This document shows positions 1-11,010 of a stretch of DNA of 64,000 bases, one piece after another. The position numbers and the translations under genes are program-made. How positions within the stretch are numbered: position 1 is the first letter of the stretch; each line of letters starts with the position of its first letter. Under the pieces are notes generated by a model. That model had not been told where the DNA came from and ran no database searches. It worked only from the letters and a program-made list of their open reading frames with translations. This stretch comes from the human T2T-CHM13v2.0 reference genome, Homo sapiens: the NCBI RefSeq assembly GCF_009914755.1, contig NC_060937.1; one strand, written 5' to 3'.

Positions 1-799
1 CAACAGCAGCAGGAATGAGCCAGCAGTGCTTCATGGAGGGTCTCGAGAGAGTCTCGGAATTTATTCTCGGGAAACGACCTTCCCCGTTGCTCAGACCTGC
101 CTTTATTGAGTTTCCTGCTACAAGCCGCTTGTTTCTAAGCCCAGGCCTGCTTCTGAAGACATCCTCAAGGGGACACATCCGAGGTGCAGGCCCTGGCTCC
201 CCCACGGGCACAGCCTTTCTTCCCAGCTCTCCCCACATACGAGGCTCTGTCCCATGGGGTTCCCCTGAGTGTGCAGGTGTGAATATTCCCTCCCCGGGCC
301 TCCTGACAGCCCAGGTGTGAAGAGCACTAAACATTCTTCCCCAGCTTCACACCTCCACCAGGCCTGTGCGCAAAGCTTGCGGGTCTGAGACTTCTCCCAG
401 GGGATGGGGATTATGATAGCAGGAAAGGAGACCCCCGACGCGGAGGAGCAGGGAAGAACCCGTGATAGGCTCATGGGAAATGAGGCCTCATCAGATCTCA
501 CCTGTGGGCGTGTGTCTGAAACGAAGCCAGTCGACGTGTGGCGCCGCCACTGGGGAGGAACCGTCCTGGCCTTGCTTCGTCCTGACCTCAGCAATGTGTG
601 AATTACGACTCTCAAGGCTGGGGTTTGTCATAGGCCTCAAAGCTTTTTACATACCTGGAGGCACCCAGGCCATTCAACGAGGCAGCAAATACCCAAGTGG
701 GGTCCAGGTGGCCCAGAGCCACCTGCAGCCCAGCTTTTTTGGATAACAAATCTACACGGTCGCAGCCTTCCGTGTGCATGATCAGGTCAAGGCACTGAG

Positions 800-981
800 T
801 CAGGGGCACGCTGGCCCCCAGCCAGATCTAGCCCCGGCCTGGTGGCTTACAGCCTGCGAACCAAGAATGGGTTTCACTTTTTTTTAATGGCTGCTACATA
901 ATGTCTTCAGTTTTGCCCCTTGGCCTGCAAAGCCTGAAATATCTGCCGTCTGCCTTTTGAGGAAAAGTTTGCTGACCCTAG
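800..981 (+). mobile_element. MER58-family hAT-Charlie MITE
   Basis: aagaatgggtttcac...ggcctgcaaagcctgaaatat...aaaagtttgctgaccc resembles the MER58 body and TIR. Confidence 0.6.
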
Positions 982-1714
982 TAGAGAGCAGGAGAGTGAG
1001 CCACTGGCCAGTGGGGTTTGAAGGTGGCAGTGACCACCTAGTACAGTCAGGGACCTGGGCTGCTCTATCACTTTGCAGATGTCCCTCCTTGCCAGAAAGC
1101 CCCCTCCCAAGGCACGTGGCATCAATCTCGTGTCGGTGGCAGGCAGCCCTCGCGTGCCAGACGCCAAATGCTCGCTGACTCGCAGATGAGCCATCCCCAG
1201 GGCCTCCTCCCTGCATGACAGGACAAAGCAGCTCCATCTCCTCCTGACTCAACAGCCTCCTCTCCCCAGTCCCGTGCCCAGCCTCTCCCAGTTCCCACTC
1301 CCGTCTGACTCGTGTAGGCACACTTGAGGAAGGGGCGTATCTGGGGACCGTGTGGCCTCACTGGCCTCTGCTAAAAGTTGTGGGCAAGCCGGCAGGCCTG
1401 GGGGCTCCCACTAGAGGTGGGGTCAGATGTTGGGATGGCCAGAGGGCTGCCCAGCCTGTGGGCACTAGAGCCAGTGAAGGGCCAGAGGCAAAGCAATGCA
1501 AGTTGTCTTTTGAGGCTGGAGTGGCGAGACGGGACAGCAGGGAAGTTGTTCAGCAGACAGAGCGCAGACAGGACTGGGAGGAGGGAAGGGACGGGGTGCA
1601 GACAGGACCAGGAGGAGGGAACGGACAGTGGGGCAGGGGAGGGAAAGGACAGGGTGCAGACAGGACCGGAAGGAGGGAAGGGACAGTGAGGCCAGGGAGT
1701 GGCGGGCACGGGGG

Positions 1715-2140
1715 TTATATTTGTTCCCCGTGGCGTCACTCGGCACCAACCTCAGACTGGGTGAGGCCACAGAAACATCTCCCACAGTGCGGGAAGCCGG
1801 AAGTCCAAAATCAAGCTGCTGGCAGGTGGGTTCCTTTGGGAGGCCTTGAGGGAAAATGTCCCCACCTGACAGCATCTGGTGGCTGCGGCAGTCTTCTTCT
1901 CGGGGGGTCCCCGACTCCACCCATGTTGCAGGGCTCCGGTCTGCCGTGTCACCAGCTGTCCTCCCTGTATCTGCACTCTAATATCCTCTTCTAAGGACAC
2001 GGCTCGTGCTGGGCTTAGGGCTCGTCCTAGTGACCTTACCTTGACTCGATCGCATCTGCAGAGACCCTGTGTCCATGTGAGGTCACCATTGTAGGCACGG
2101 AGGGTTTGGACTTGTTGGGGGTGCAATTCAACCCACAGCA
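1715..2140 (-). mobile_element. MLT1-type MaLR solo LTR, degraded
   Basis: gaagtccaaaatcaag, aaggacac, tgaccttaccttgact, catctgcagagaccct, caattcaacccaca. Confidence 0.65.
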
Positions 2141-2987
2141 GGGTCTGAGGGAATGGGGATCCAAGAAGGGAGAGGAGCGGTGGCCCCAATGAAGGGCCAC
2201 GAGGAGACAGGGCAGGCTGGTCTGGTTCTGAACAAGGATGTTGACCCTCTCGTGAAGGCAGTGAATGGAGACAGGTCTGGGAGCCACCAGCATGGCCTCG
2301 GCCTCCTGAGTGCAGGGCAGGAGACTCATGGCGCGCAGGGCCCGTAACACGCTGGAGGCCAGGATGGACCCGACACAGGGGAGCGGGAGGCTCGGCCCGG
2401 CCGTGGGGAGCGAGGAAGGGCCGCTGGATGTGCCTATTGATAAAGAGGTTTCCAGAGGCTATTGGAATGGCCAGGCAGAAGCTAGAGAGCGCTAAGGAAG
2501 CTGCTTTGGAAACAAATGGGCCCAGACTGTGATGGGTGACATGTATGAACCCCACTGTGGGTTGGCTGCTGTGTGAAAATTATGTGAGTCAGTATGAAAA
2601 TACCTAGGAAAGGGGAGTGTGCCGCCCTCCTTGCTCCATGTTGCGTGACCCAAGATGCCGCATGGGCATCAGCCCAGCCCTGGCCACCACCAGGACCTTC
2701 TGGGAACCTGGAGCCTTGCATTTTCTTGTTCCTTTCTGCCACTGGGGGAGGAGGATGGATGGCTGGAGCTGCCTGCCTGGCCTGGAACACCCTTTCTCCC
2801 CGTCTGCGGGGTCCCCCACATCCTGCAGCCCCTCATGGACCTACTGTCAGTGTCCATGTCTCCCACTGGACCCTCCCTGAGCAACTGGAGGGCAGGGACA
2901 TCAGACCATTTGATCCCAGCTCCCAGCACAGAAGCTTAGTGCCAGGGGCACCCAGAGAGATGGAATGAGGCAGACTCGGAGGTCTGT

Positions 2988-3092
2988 ATTTTTTATTGTG
3001 GTAAAATAGCTATACCACAATATTGGCCAACTTAACGATTTTTACAGGAACAATTCAGTGGCATTAAGTGCCTTTACAAGGTGGTGCAACTG
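2988..3092 (-). mobile_element. Old L1 (L1MB-like) extreme 3' end including its AATAAA
   Basis: ttttttattgtggtaaaa...caattcagtggcattaagt...gtgcaac is the antisense L1M 3' terminus. Confidence 0.6.
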
Positions 3093-3399
3093 CTTTGAGT
3101 CTCTGCTGGTGATGTCACTTTGGCAAAGGGACGAAATGAGCCACCAGTGCGTCAGGCCTGCTCAGAGTTGTTTGGAGGTAGCATGGACACAGGTGCCTGT
3201 CCCTGCCCCCTAGCTGGGCTGCAGCGCATCCTAACAATGCTCCAGGGGCTGGGCCGGCCCTGAGCCTGGAGGTGGGCAGGGCTGCAACTGCCTCCTGGGC
3301 CACTAGAGGGCATGTGGGAGCCACTCACATGCACCCCAGGCCCCACTTCCTGGGTAGGGTGCCCGGCCCCTCAAAACGAGTGCTGCTCTGAGCTTGTTG

Positions 3400-3680
3400 G
3401 GATGGATCTTTCCCTCCTTCAGCTTCCGCCTGCTGGCAATGCATGGCGTCCTGCGCCCCCATTTCTGCCTCGGTGTCACAGGGCACACCCCTCTCCCCCC
3501 AAGGTGGCTCTTCTCCTCAGGACACCACTCCCGTTGGATTTAGGGCCCACCCTACCCCAGTGTGATCTCATCTTCACTAGTTACCCTGCAATGAGCCTAT
3601 TTCCAAATAAGCCTGTGTTCTAAGGTACTGGTAGTCAGGACCTCAACGTGTCTGTCTTTTGGGGGGACACAGGGACCCCA
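3400..3680 (-). mobile_element. MLT1-type MaLR LTR fragment
   Basis: ggatttagggcccaccct, ctatttccaaataag, aggtactgg, ttttggggggacaca. Confidence 0.65.
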
Positions 3681-3892
3681 AGATGCCCCACAGCAAGTGA
3701 CAAGGGGAAGTGATGAGATCAGGGTCCCAGGACCTGCCAAGTCTCCCCACACACGGGGGAGCGGGGGTGGGGCCCACATCCTTCAGTCACGGACATGCCC
3801 CAGCCCAGGGCCCTGGTGCAGGGAGAGCTGCTCTCTGTGCCCTCCTGGGGCAGGTGCCTGCTGTGCTTCTCACAGGCCTCCTTGCCTTTCAG

Positions 3893-4000
3893 AATCAGTT
3901 GTCTGGAAACCTGCTGAGGAAATTCAAAAACAGCAACGGGTGGCAGAAGCTGTGGGTGGTGTTCACAAACTTCTGCCTGTTCTTCTACAAATCACACCAG
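3893..4000 (+). CDS. FARP1: FARP1 third-from-last coding exon (start of PH2 domain): NQLSGNLLRKFKNSNGWQKLWVVFTNFCLFFYKSHQ
   Basis: ctttcAG acceptor (3891-3892) and GTAAGT donor (4001); 108 nt, phase 0-0; peptide recognised as FARP1 PH2. Confidence 0.97.
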
Positions 4001-4460
4001 GTAAGTGTCTTGCACAGGGCAGGTGGCCCTGGGACCTTGGGGGTGGCAGCATGAGGTGAGGGGGCCGCCCTCCTCTGGAATGACTCAGGCCTCTTGGGCT
4101 CCAGGTGTCACGGGGATGACAGGGATGCTGGCGGGGGGCCCTGTCCACCCGAGGCCCTCAACTCTAGGGAAGACTGACATTATCATCCACTGAAGGACAA
4201 CTTCTGCCCTAGGAAGGGCCACCTGTCTTCTGCCTGGACAAGGGACGGGGGTTGGCTTTATCTACAGCTCAGTCCTGGCGGGACTTGCCACCCGGGCCAT
4301 CACGTACAGGCAAACACTGGCTGCCATGGTCCCTTCCAGGCCCACGCCCGAGGAGGGAGCTGCCTGGGCTCCCAAGTCCCTGTCTGATGCGGGGCAGCAG
4401 CCAGGCCCAGCAGCAGAAGCTGCCCCCGAAAAGCCACTTTGCTTTGTTTCCCCTTTCCAG

Positions 4461-4612
4461 GACAATCATCCCCTTGCCAGCCTGCCTCTGCTCGGCTACT
4501 CGCTCACCATCCCCTCTGAGTCCGAGAACATCCAGAAAGACTACGTGTTCAAGCTGCACTTCAAGTCCCACGTCTACTACTTCAGGGCGGAAAGCGAGTA
4601 CACGTTCGAAAG
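4461..4612 (+). CDS. FARP1: FARP1 penultimate coding exon: DNHPLASLPLLGYSLTIPSESENIQKDYVFKLHFKSHVYYFRAESEYTFE(R)
   Basis: tttccAG acceptor (4459-4460) and GTAGAC donor (4613); 152 nt; in frame with both neighbours. Confidence 0.97.
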
Positions 4613-5294
4613 GTAGACACCCCCTTCCCACGCACAGGGCCCTGCAGAAGAGGACCCCCTCTTCCAAACATCAGGATTTCTCCCAAGTCAGCGAGTGAGA
4701 TGGCCCCACCCTTCCCTGCCAACTAAGCGTTTAGACCTGGGGTCCCACTGCCCGACACCAGCAGGCGATTCTGTTCTCATGGCAGAAAGTGGGGTCCCAA
4801 CTTCCCTGCGCCCTTACCCTGCACGGTGTTGGCTGAGGCCCTAGACATCTTGCTTGGAGATCTCTGACATAACGTGTCCGGGATGATGAAGCTAAGCCCC
4901 AGTGAGACTGCCTACATGGTGTAATGGCAGGGACCGCAGACTTCATTTAGCCAAGAAAGAAATGCAACAGTCAGGCCTAAGACCGTTCCTGCAATTCATA
5001 TTTTGAATAGAGAGCCTGGGCCTCTGCAAATTGCATCCCCAAGCCGACTACTTGTGCAGTTTGCCCTGCTGAGCCCTCCTCGCCCCGGGAGGCAGAAGGG
5101 GAGGGGTCCTCAGCAATATGCTGAGCACCTCCTAAACAACATCACCTGAAAAAGGAACCTAGAGGAGAGCCATTCTCAAATCTGATCCTGGACTGAGCTC
5201 GAGAGCTGGGTTGAGAGCTGGGTTGATCAAAGTTGGGATTTTGCTATTATTGTGACAAAGGGTCCAGCCTTGCAGTCCAGATCCTGAAAGGCCT

Positions 5295-5462
5295 GGGACA
5301 AGGCCAGGTAATTTGGGGAGTCCGTCCTGCATTGTGCAGGATGTTCAGCGGCATCCCTGGCCACCCACTAGATGCCCGCAGCAACCCCTCAGTTGGGACA
5401 TCTAAAAATGTCTCCAGACTTTACCAAATGGGACAGCATTGCACCCATTTGAGAAGCACCGG
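5295..5462 (+). mobile_element. MER20 (hAT-Charlie)
   Basis: gatgttcagcggcatccctggcc, ccactagatgcc, aaaaatgtctccaga, gagaagcac. Confidence 0.7.
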
Positions 5463-5499
5463 TAGAGAGCAAATACACAAATATATAAAAAGGGAGATT

Positions 5500-5663
5500 T
5501 GGGCGTGGTGGTGCAAGCCTGTAGTCCCATCTCCTGGGAGGCCAAGGCTGGAGGATCGATTGAGCCCAGGAGGTAGCTACAGTGGGTGATAACTGCACCA
5601 CTGAACTCCAGTATGAGTGACAGAGCCAGACCCTGTCTCAAAAAAAAAAAGAAAAAGAAAAAA
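5500..5663 (+). mobile_element. Alu monomer (FRAM or AluJ right arm)
   Basis: Right-arm consensus plus A tail. Confidence 0.85.
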
Positions 5664-6031
5664 GGAAGGGAGAGCTTCCACTAAGCAGGATGGGACACGT
5701 CCCGCCATTCTCTGCCATGTCCATGAAAATAGGAGGTAGCGTTCTCCCCAGCAACCAGAGGCCACCTCGCTCCTAACTGCTCCAATGGAGCGGGCAGTGT
5801 CACCGCAGCAAGGTACTTCCAGCTCCACACTGAGTGAGTGCCCAGGCCAGTGGGTCTCCACTGTACCTCAGGAACGCCTGGGTGCTGGCTGTTCCCTTGC
5901 TCTTCTGCTGAAGTGGCAGATTACCAACCAGGCGGCCTGACTTCACCTTGTGTTTCTGTAAGCGATGCCCACCAAAGTGTCAGGAGTCCGTCCAAACAAA
6001 AGGTTGACTAACTGGCGTTCCCGTGTTGCAG

Positions 6032-6113
6032 GTGGATGGAAGTGATCCGCAGTGCCACCAGCTCTGCCTCGCGACCCCACGTGTTGAGCCACAAAGAGTC
6101 TCTTGTGTATTGA
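6032..6113 (+). CDS. FARP1: FARP1 last coding exon: (R)WMEVIRSATSSASRPHVLSHKESLVY*
   Basis: ttgcAG acceptor (6030-6031) completes the split AG|G Arg codon; PH-domain C-terminal Trp helix; TGA at 6111-6113. Confidence 0.96.
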
Positions 6114-7545
6114 TGGCCGGACACACTCGTTTCCGCAGTGGCTGCTTTCCTGGAAGACGTTTCCTTTCTTCTGTATTAATGAAGCCTGGTAAAATTAACA
6201 CCTGTCTGAAAATCAAAAACATGGCTTCCCAGCAGCTCTCCTGTCTCCACAGCCGCGTTTTTTAACCCCGACCTCTCAGCGTCTGAATGAACAGCGCTCC
6301 CACCTCCAGTCCTGGCATCCGCTGGGGGCGCTGTTCTTTAGCTAGTGCCAGTATTAAAACATTGTCATTACGAGAGTGCCAAATGACATCTTCCCTCCAC
6401 CCTGCCCCTGAAAAACAGTACACACACATCCGTTCAACACAAGACAGGGCAAGTGTTTTTCTTCCTAAAAAAAGTTCTTTCTTTTATTATTTTCACCTAT
6501 TGGCTGCTGCATTTTACGAAGTGGACTTCCCGGTGTTTGTTTGTTTGTTTGCAATACACTCAGTGCAGCCTTAAGCAAATGAGATCATTTTCAGATTTCA
6601 TTTTATTTTTTTTTTCAGTCTTTCTACTTTTGTAATAATAGGAAGTTAGTAGGACTCACTTCTCTGATTAATAAGCAATTTGCAGCACACAGCGTTCCAC
6701 TGCGGGGTTTCACGCTCACCTGAAAACACCTGTTCCCAACCTACTTCTTGGTGCAAGTTGACCAAATCGTTTTAAGTGGTAACTCTTTCCAACCGTAGCA
6801 GGGTTGTTTTCTGTTAAGCAAAGCCGAGATCCAGTGCAATACCTGGACTGTCACCGTCCTGTGAGTGGTGTACACAATGGGAAGATAATAAGCCGTGGTG
6901 TTTTGCTGTCTGTCTGTGTCACAAGCATGAAAACCCGTGTGTCATTGATCAGCACCATTTGTGGTATGTTCCGTGATGAGCGTTTAGTGAGCCTGCTGGC
7001 TGCAGAGCACTATGAAATCATGGTACGTAGTCCCCGGCACCTGTCGTTATTCCTATATCCTCCTGCAACTGTGGTTTGAAACTGCGCATTCTCTAGTAGT
7101 ATATATCGTGCCTGTCTTCAAAAACATTTCCCTTTTTATACTCATTCCCCCCAGGCATGGGGTAGTGTCAGTCGGACTGCACAGGGAACACGGTTTCCAG
7201 TGGCTTTGGCCCCTACTCGGGAAACGTCTGCCTGTTCTCGATGGTGATGGGGTGGCTGCCATTCCCTTGGTTTTCCTAAGCCCTTTCTAACGAGAGTCTC
7301 AAACAAGCGGAGGCGAGGGCCAATTCAACCCCATTCTTTCCAGCGCCCCGCACCATAGCACCTGCCCACCTGAGAACCAGGAACGCACCCTCTCTGTGGA
7401 GCTCTGACTGGTGTAGCTGGAAACAAACAGCAACTTGCAAACGGACGAAGAGCCTGCCGTGTGTTAATCATTTGCCTTACAAGATGTACCAGACGGTTTC
7501 CAGTACTAACAAAGGGAATAAAAATACCTCACGCCACAATCCAGC
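6114..7545 (+). other. FARP1: FARP1 3' UTR (proximal form; 3' end approximate)
   Basis: Follows the stop codon; AATAAA at 7517-7522 with a U/GU-rich element at ~7576-7602; weaker ATTAAA at 6353-6358. Confidence 0.75.
7517..7522 (+). terminator. FARP1 polyadenylation signal AATAAA
   Basis: Canonical hexamer followed by a GU/U-rich tract and a G-rich tract. Confidence 0.7.
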
Positions 7546-8016
7546 ATATTGATGTTTTAAGGCAAAACAACCAACTTTGTCTGTAGTCTTCATTTTCTGT
7601 GTGGGGGGGGAGGGGGGAAGGGGACACTCCAGCAAGGGTTTCTAAAGCCCCAGTGTTCAGAGTGACACAGGGAGGGCCTGCCCCCCACTGTTCCCTATGC
7701 TCCCCCCACCTCCAGGCAGGGGCAGAGCAAACAAACAGCTCCGGGCCACACAGCAGCATCAGGCTCCCTCCAGAAGTCACCACTCACTCATTCCTGGAGA
7801 CTTGGGGACAAGGCAGTCTCCTCAGCTATTTATTTCTGAATGATTGATTGATTCCAAACTACTTGCTGGACACTGGTGGTTCTGACCTGTGACCAGCACC
7901 TCTGCTTCCTGTGTGCCCTCAAGAAAATACTAGTGTGGGTAACAGTCCATCTGAGTGGAGTTTGAGACACACTACACATGAGACACACAATGATGCAGAT
8001 ACTCGTTTTCTTGAGC

Positions 8017-8022
8017 TTTATT
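8017..8022 (-). terminator. STK24 distal polyadenylation signal AATAAA
   Basis: tttatt on + strand; GT-rich TGTGTGTCTCATGTGTAGTGTGTC follows on the - strand at ~7965-7990. Confidence 0.7.
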
Positions 8023-9975
8023 GGCCCCTGCATGATACAGTCCCTGTGCTTAAGAACATGCCCTATTAGGTCACTCTGCCTTTGCTGACACATTTTATAG
8101 CAGAAATACACAAGCTGTTTTTAAAGGAGGGAAATATAAAAAATGTTTATAAACTGACAGTGTTTTGCCAGAGGAAAGGTACAAAATGCTACATACAGAA
8201 CCAAACCAGCCACTTCACAAGAGCAATGCAGGGATAAAACTATTGGATAAGGAAGGCAGATGCACTTCCAAGAAAATCAGAACCCAGCAAGAAGTGGCCA
8301 GTGCACCCCAAACCACACTGGTGTCCACCTCATTGGCAGCAGCCAGCCAGGACACAGCTCAAAAACGCAGGAGCTACCAGCCACCCAGTCCACGGCCCTC
8401 GTCTCCCAGAGGCTGAGTACCTCCCCAGGCTGCAGGCTCTGGGCAGCTGAGCCAGGAGCAGCTCAGGGCTGGCACTGAGAGGCTACTGGTGACAGTAAAC
8501 CCGTCTCAAAGGCTGGGCCTGGCTACAGACCAGCAGCAGTTGACGCTGAGGCAGGTTCCAGTGGTAGCCCTGGTGCCTGGGCTCTCTCTTAATGCAGGCC
8601 TGGAAGTGGCGACACAAAAGCCAGCTTCCTTGGCTAAGATGCCCTTAAAAACATTGGGGCTGATTTTGTGCGTCTACAGAAAGTAACAGCCCAGGAGAGA
8701 ATGTACACAGAGGCGAGCTTTCTAACTCCATCAAACCCCACCTCCCCCGACAGGAAATGCTGCCAGTCAACTCTAAAAGAACCACTTGTTGCTCTACGGG
8801 GGAAGGGGCTGAGTATGATTTGTCTGGCGACTGCAGAGACTCCCCGTTCATACCAGTATTCATTAGAACCCAGTCCCTCGAGCGGCTCACCCACTGTTAC
8901 TAGCATGAGACTGGCTTCAGTGCTAAAAACTGTGATGTCATTGTCCATTTGTAAATCTGAAGAACTCTGTAAATCAGAAAAGCTGCTGTCCGCCCTGGCT
9001 CACTTAAAAATCAGGTAACGGCACACCCTGGGGAACACAGACTCAATCTGTGTGATTCGCAAGGACAAAACTCATCTTTGACTTATGCCGCCGGCCTCAC
9101 GTAAGGAAACAGTTCCCCACACAGAATACTCCCTGGAAACACAAAATGAAATCTTCTCCAATTTTATTATTCAACATAACATTCTTGTATGGAGTAATGA
9201 GTACAATAAGAATTAGCAACTCAGTTCTATTTCCCCAACCAAAATATATCCCTTATACAAATTAAGAGTTCAACCCAAATCCACTTCTAATAAAATACCT
9301 CAATTTTAGAGCTTAAAAACCAGACTGCACTAGCAAACCGACACAATAACCCACTCAAGCATCTGTAGCTCAGGGCTCTGTCCCCTCCCTATAGCTTAGA
9401 GGCCACTAGACCAGCAGATAGCTGAGCTACATCCCCAAGCTCACCCACTAACTTCCTTGCTTCCAAAAATCCTGTCTTAACTCCACAAGAACTGGCACAC
9501 CCACGGGAGATGTCAATCATCAGCTTCAACAAACATAAAAGAATGCTTCATGTACCAGTCAACAGCTGCTGCACGAACCCTCCCACTCCAGAAACCCAGA
9601 GATTTTCCCCCTCGCCAAGCAAGGTCCCACAGCAAACCAAGAAAAACAGACACACTGGCTGCCTGCCTAGCAAGCATAGGCCCCTTCCAGAGAAGCAAAA
9701 TAACTCTTAAGGTCCCCGGCAACCGCTACAGCAATCGCACAGATCAGCAACCTCCAACTGCATCATCTCGGTGAGCAAGTGCGCAAGCAGTCCAGGGCGC
9801 TGACCTGGGCACTCGGCAGCTCCAGGCCTGGGGACTTCTCCCTGGAGTCTTCCAAAGTGTCTCATCACACACACACAGCCACGAGTACACACGCACGGCC
9901 ACACATACACAGCAGGTGCCCTGTCCTCTGAAGAGTCACATTTCAAGGAGTATGCAAAATAAGCGTGTTATAAAA

Positions 9976-9981
9976 TTTATT
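9976..9981 (-). terminator. STK24 proximal polyadenylation signal AATAAA
   Basis: tttatt on + strand about 1 kb past the stop; GT-rich runs downstream on the - strand at ~9865-9910. Confidence 0.65.
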
Positions 9982-10973
9982 TGTGTAAGCATTCAGACAT
10001 TTTTAGGTGGGAAAGATGATATGCAGAATCCACTACAAGGTGCAACAGAAAATCGTATTGGAAAGGACGGTACATCTGGCGCAGACCAGCAGTGGCACGA
10101 TTCCAAACAAATGTCAGACGAGAGCGCTTCATGGGGAGAAACTGAAAATTATAATTTAAAGCTTCATGAGGCAAGATATGTTCCAATTTAAAACACTAAG
10201 AAATAGTACCATCGATGAAAAAGGAAATCAACCTCTAGGTGTACCAAAAGGGGCGTAGGGCAAACGGGGAAAATTTGCATTTGTTGAGGTACAAATAGGA
10301 GTGTTCTGTAAGAGAGGGGCATTAATTATTAATGACAAACCCTGCAAATACAAAATAAAACCCAAATCACTGGTCACAGAATTCAAAATGTACATGTAAT
10401 AAAGGCAAGGCAATAGACTCAAGTTATGGCCTGTCGAATATTTACTCCACTGACGTTATCTACAGAAGCACTTGGCCAGTTTGTACACAGTGATTCCTTA
10501 TGCACGCCGAAAGGGTTTCCGTAAAAATGACATTATATACAAATCTGTACACCCATCCACCAGAGCGATTCTCCAGCTCCCAGAGGGAGTTATCAACTTA
10601 AAGCAGGATACCTGAGGTTTCATGTCTTTAGTTGCCTTATCATAATCCCAAATATACATTTCAGGGTTTGTTTTTGTTTTTAAAGACACTTTCCTGGAAT
10701 ATGTGCACTATGGTTAAAATTAAAAACAAAAGTAATAAAATAAAATAAAATGATCGCTGGAAGGAGCTGACCCTCCCCACCCATCTGAGAGACTTCATCT
10801 GGCTGCAGCACAGTGAAGACTGTGTGTGTCCCTGGACGGGCGCCTGGCGCTGGGGTGGCTCCCAGTGGCGCACCTCTTCGGTGGAGTCAGCGAAGGCTCT
10901 CGTTGACTTTTAAAAAAGGAGGAGGATGAAGAAGGAAAAAAGGAAAAACAAAACCCCAAATGCCAAAGGAATT

Positions 10974-11010
10974 TCAGTGGGATGAAGTTCCTCCACCACT
11001 TAGAGAGTAT
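10974..11010 (-). CDS. STK24: STK24 last coding exon (exon 11): (R)YSLSGGGTSSH*
   Basis: Polypyrimidine tract plus AG acceptor at 11012-11011; TGA at 10976-10974; matches the MST3 C-terminus. Confidence 0.96.

Larger units (their letters stand above)
7995..10973 (-). other. STK24: STK24 3' UTR (end approximate; alternative poly(A) sites)
   Basis: Continues from the stop codon; no recognisable interspersed repeats; AU-rich; two well-formed poly(A) signals. Confidence 0.75.

Noticed and set aside
1350-2555. 214-aa and 267-aa ORFs in the FARP1 intron
   Set aside because: GC-rich sequence overlapping a tandem duplication and an MLT1 LTR; no recognisable domain or splice context
5201-5226. 12-bp tandem duplication gagagctgggtt (similar 14-bp one at ~26913-26938)
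   Set aside because: Ordinary slippage duplications
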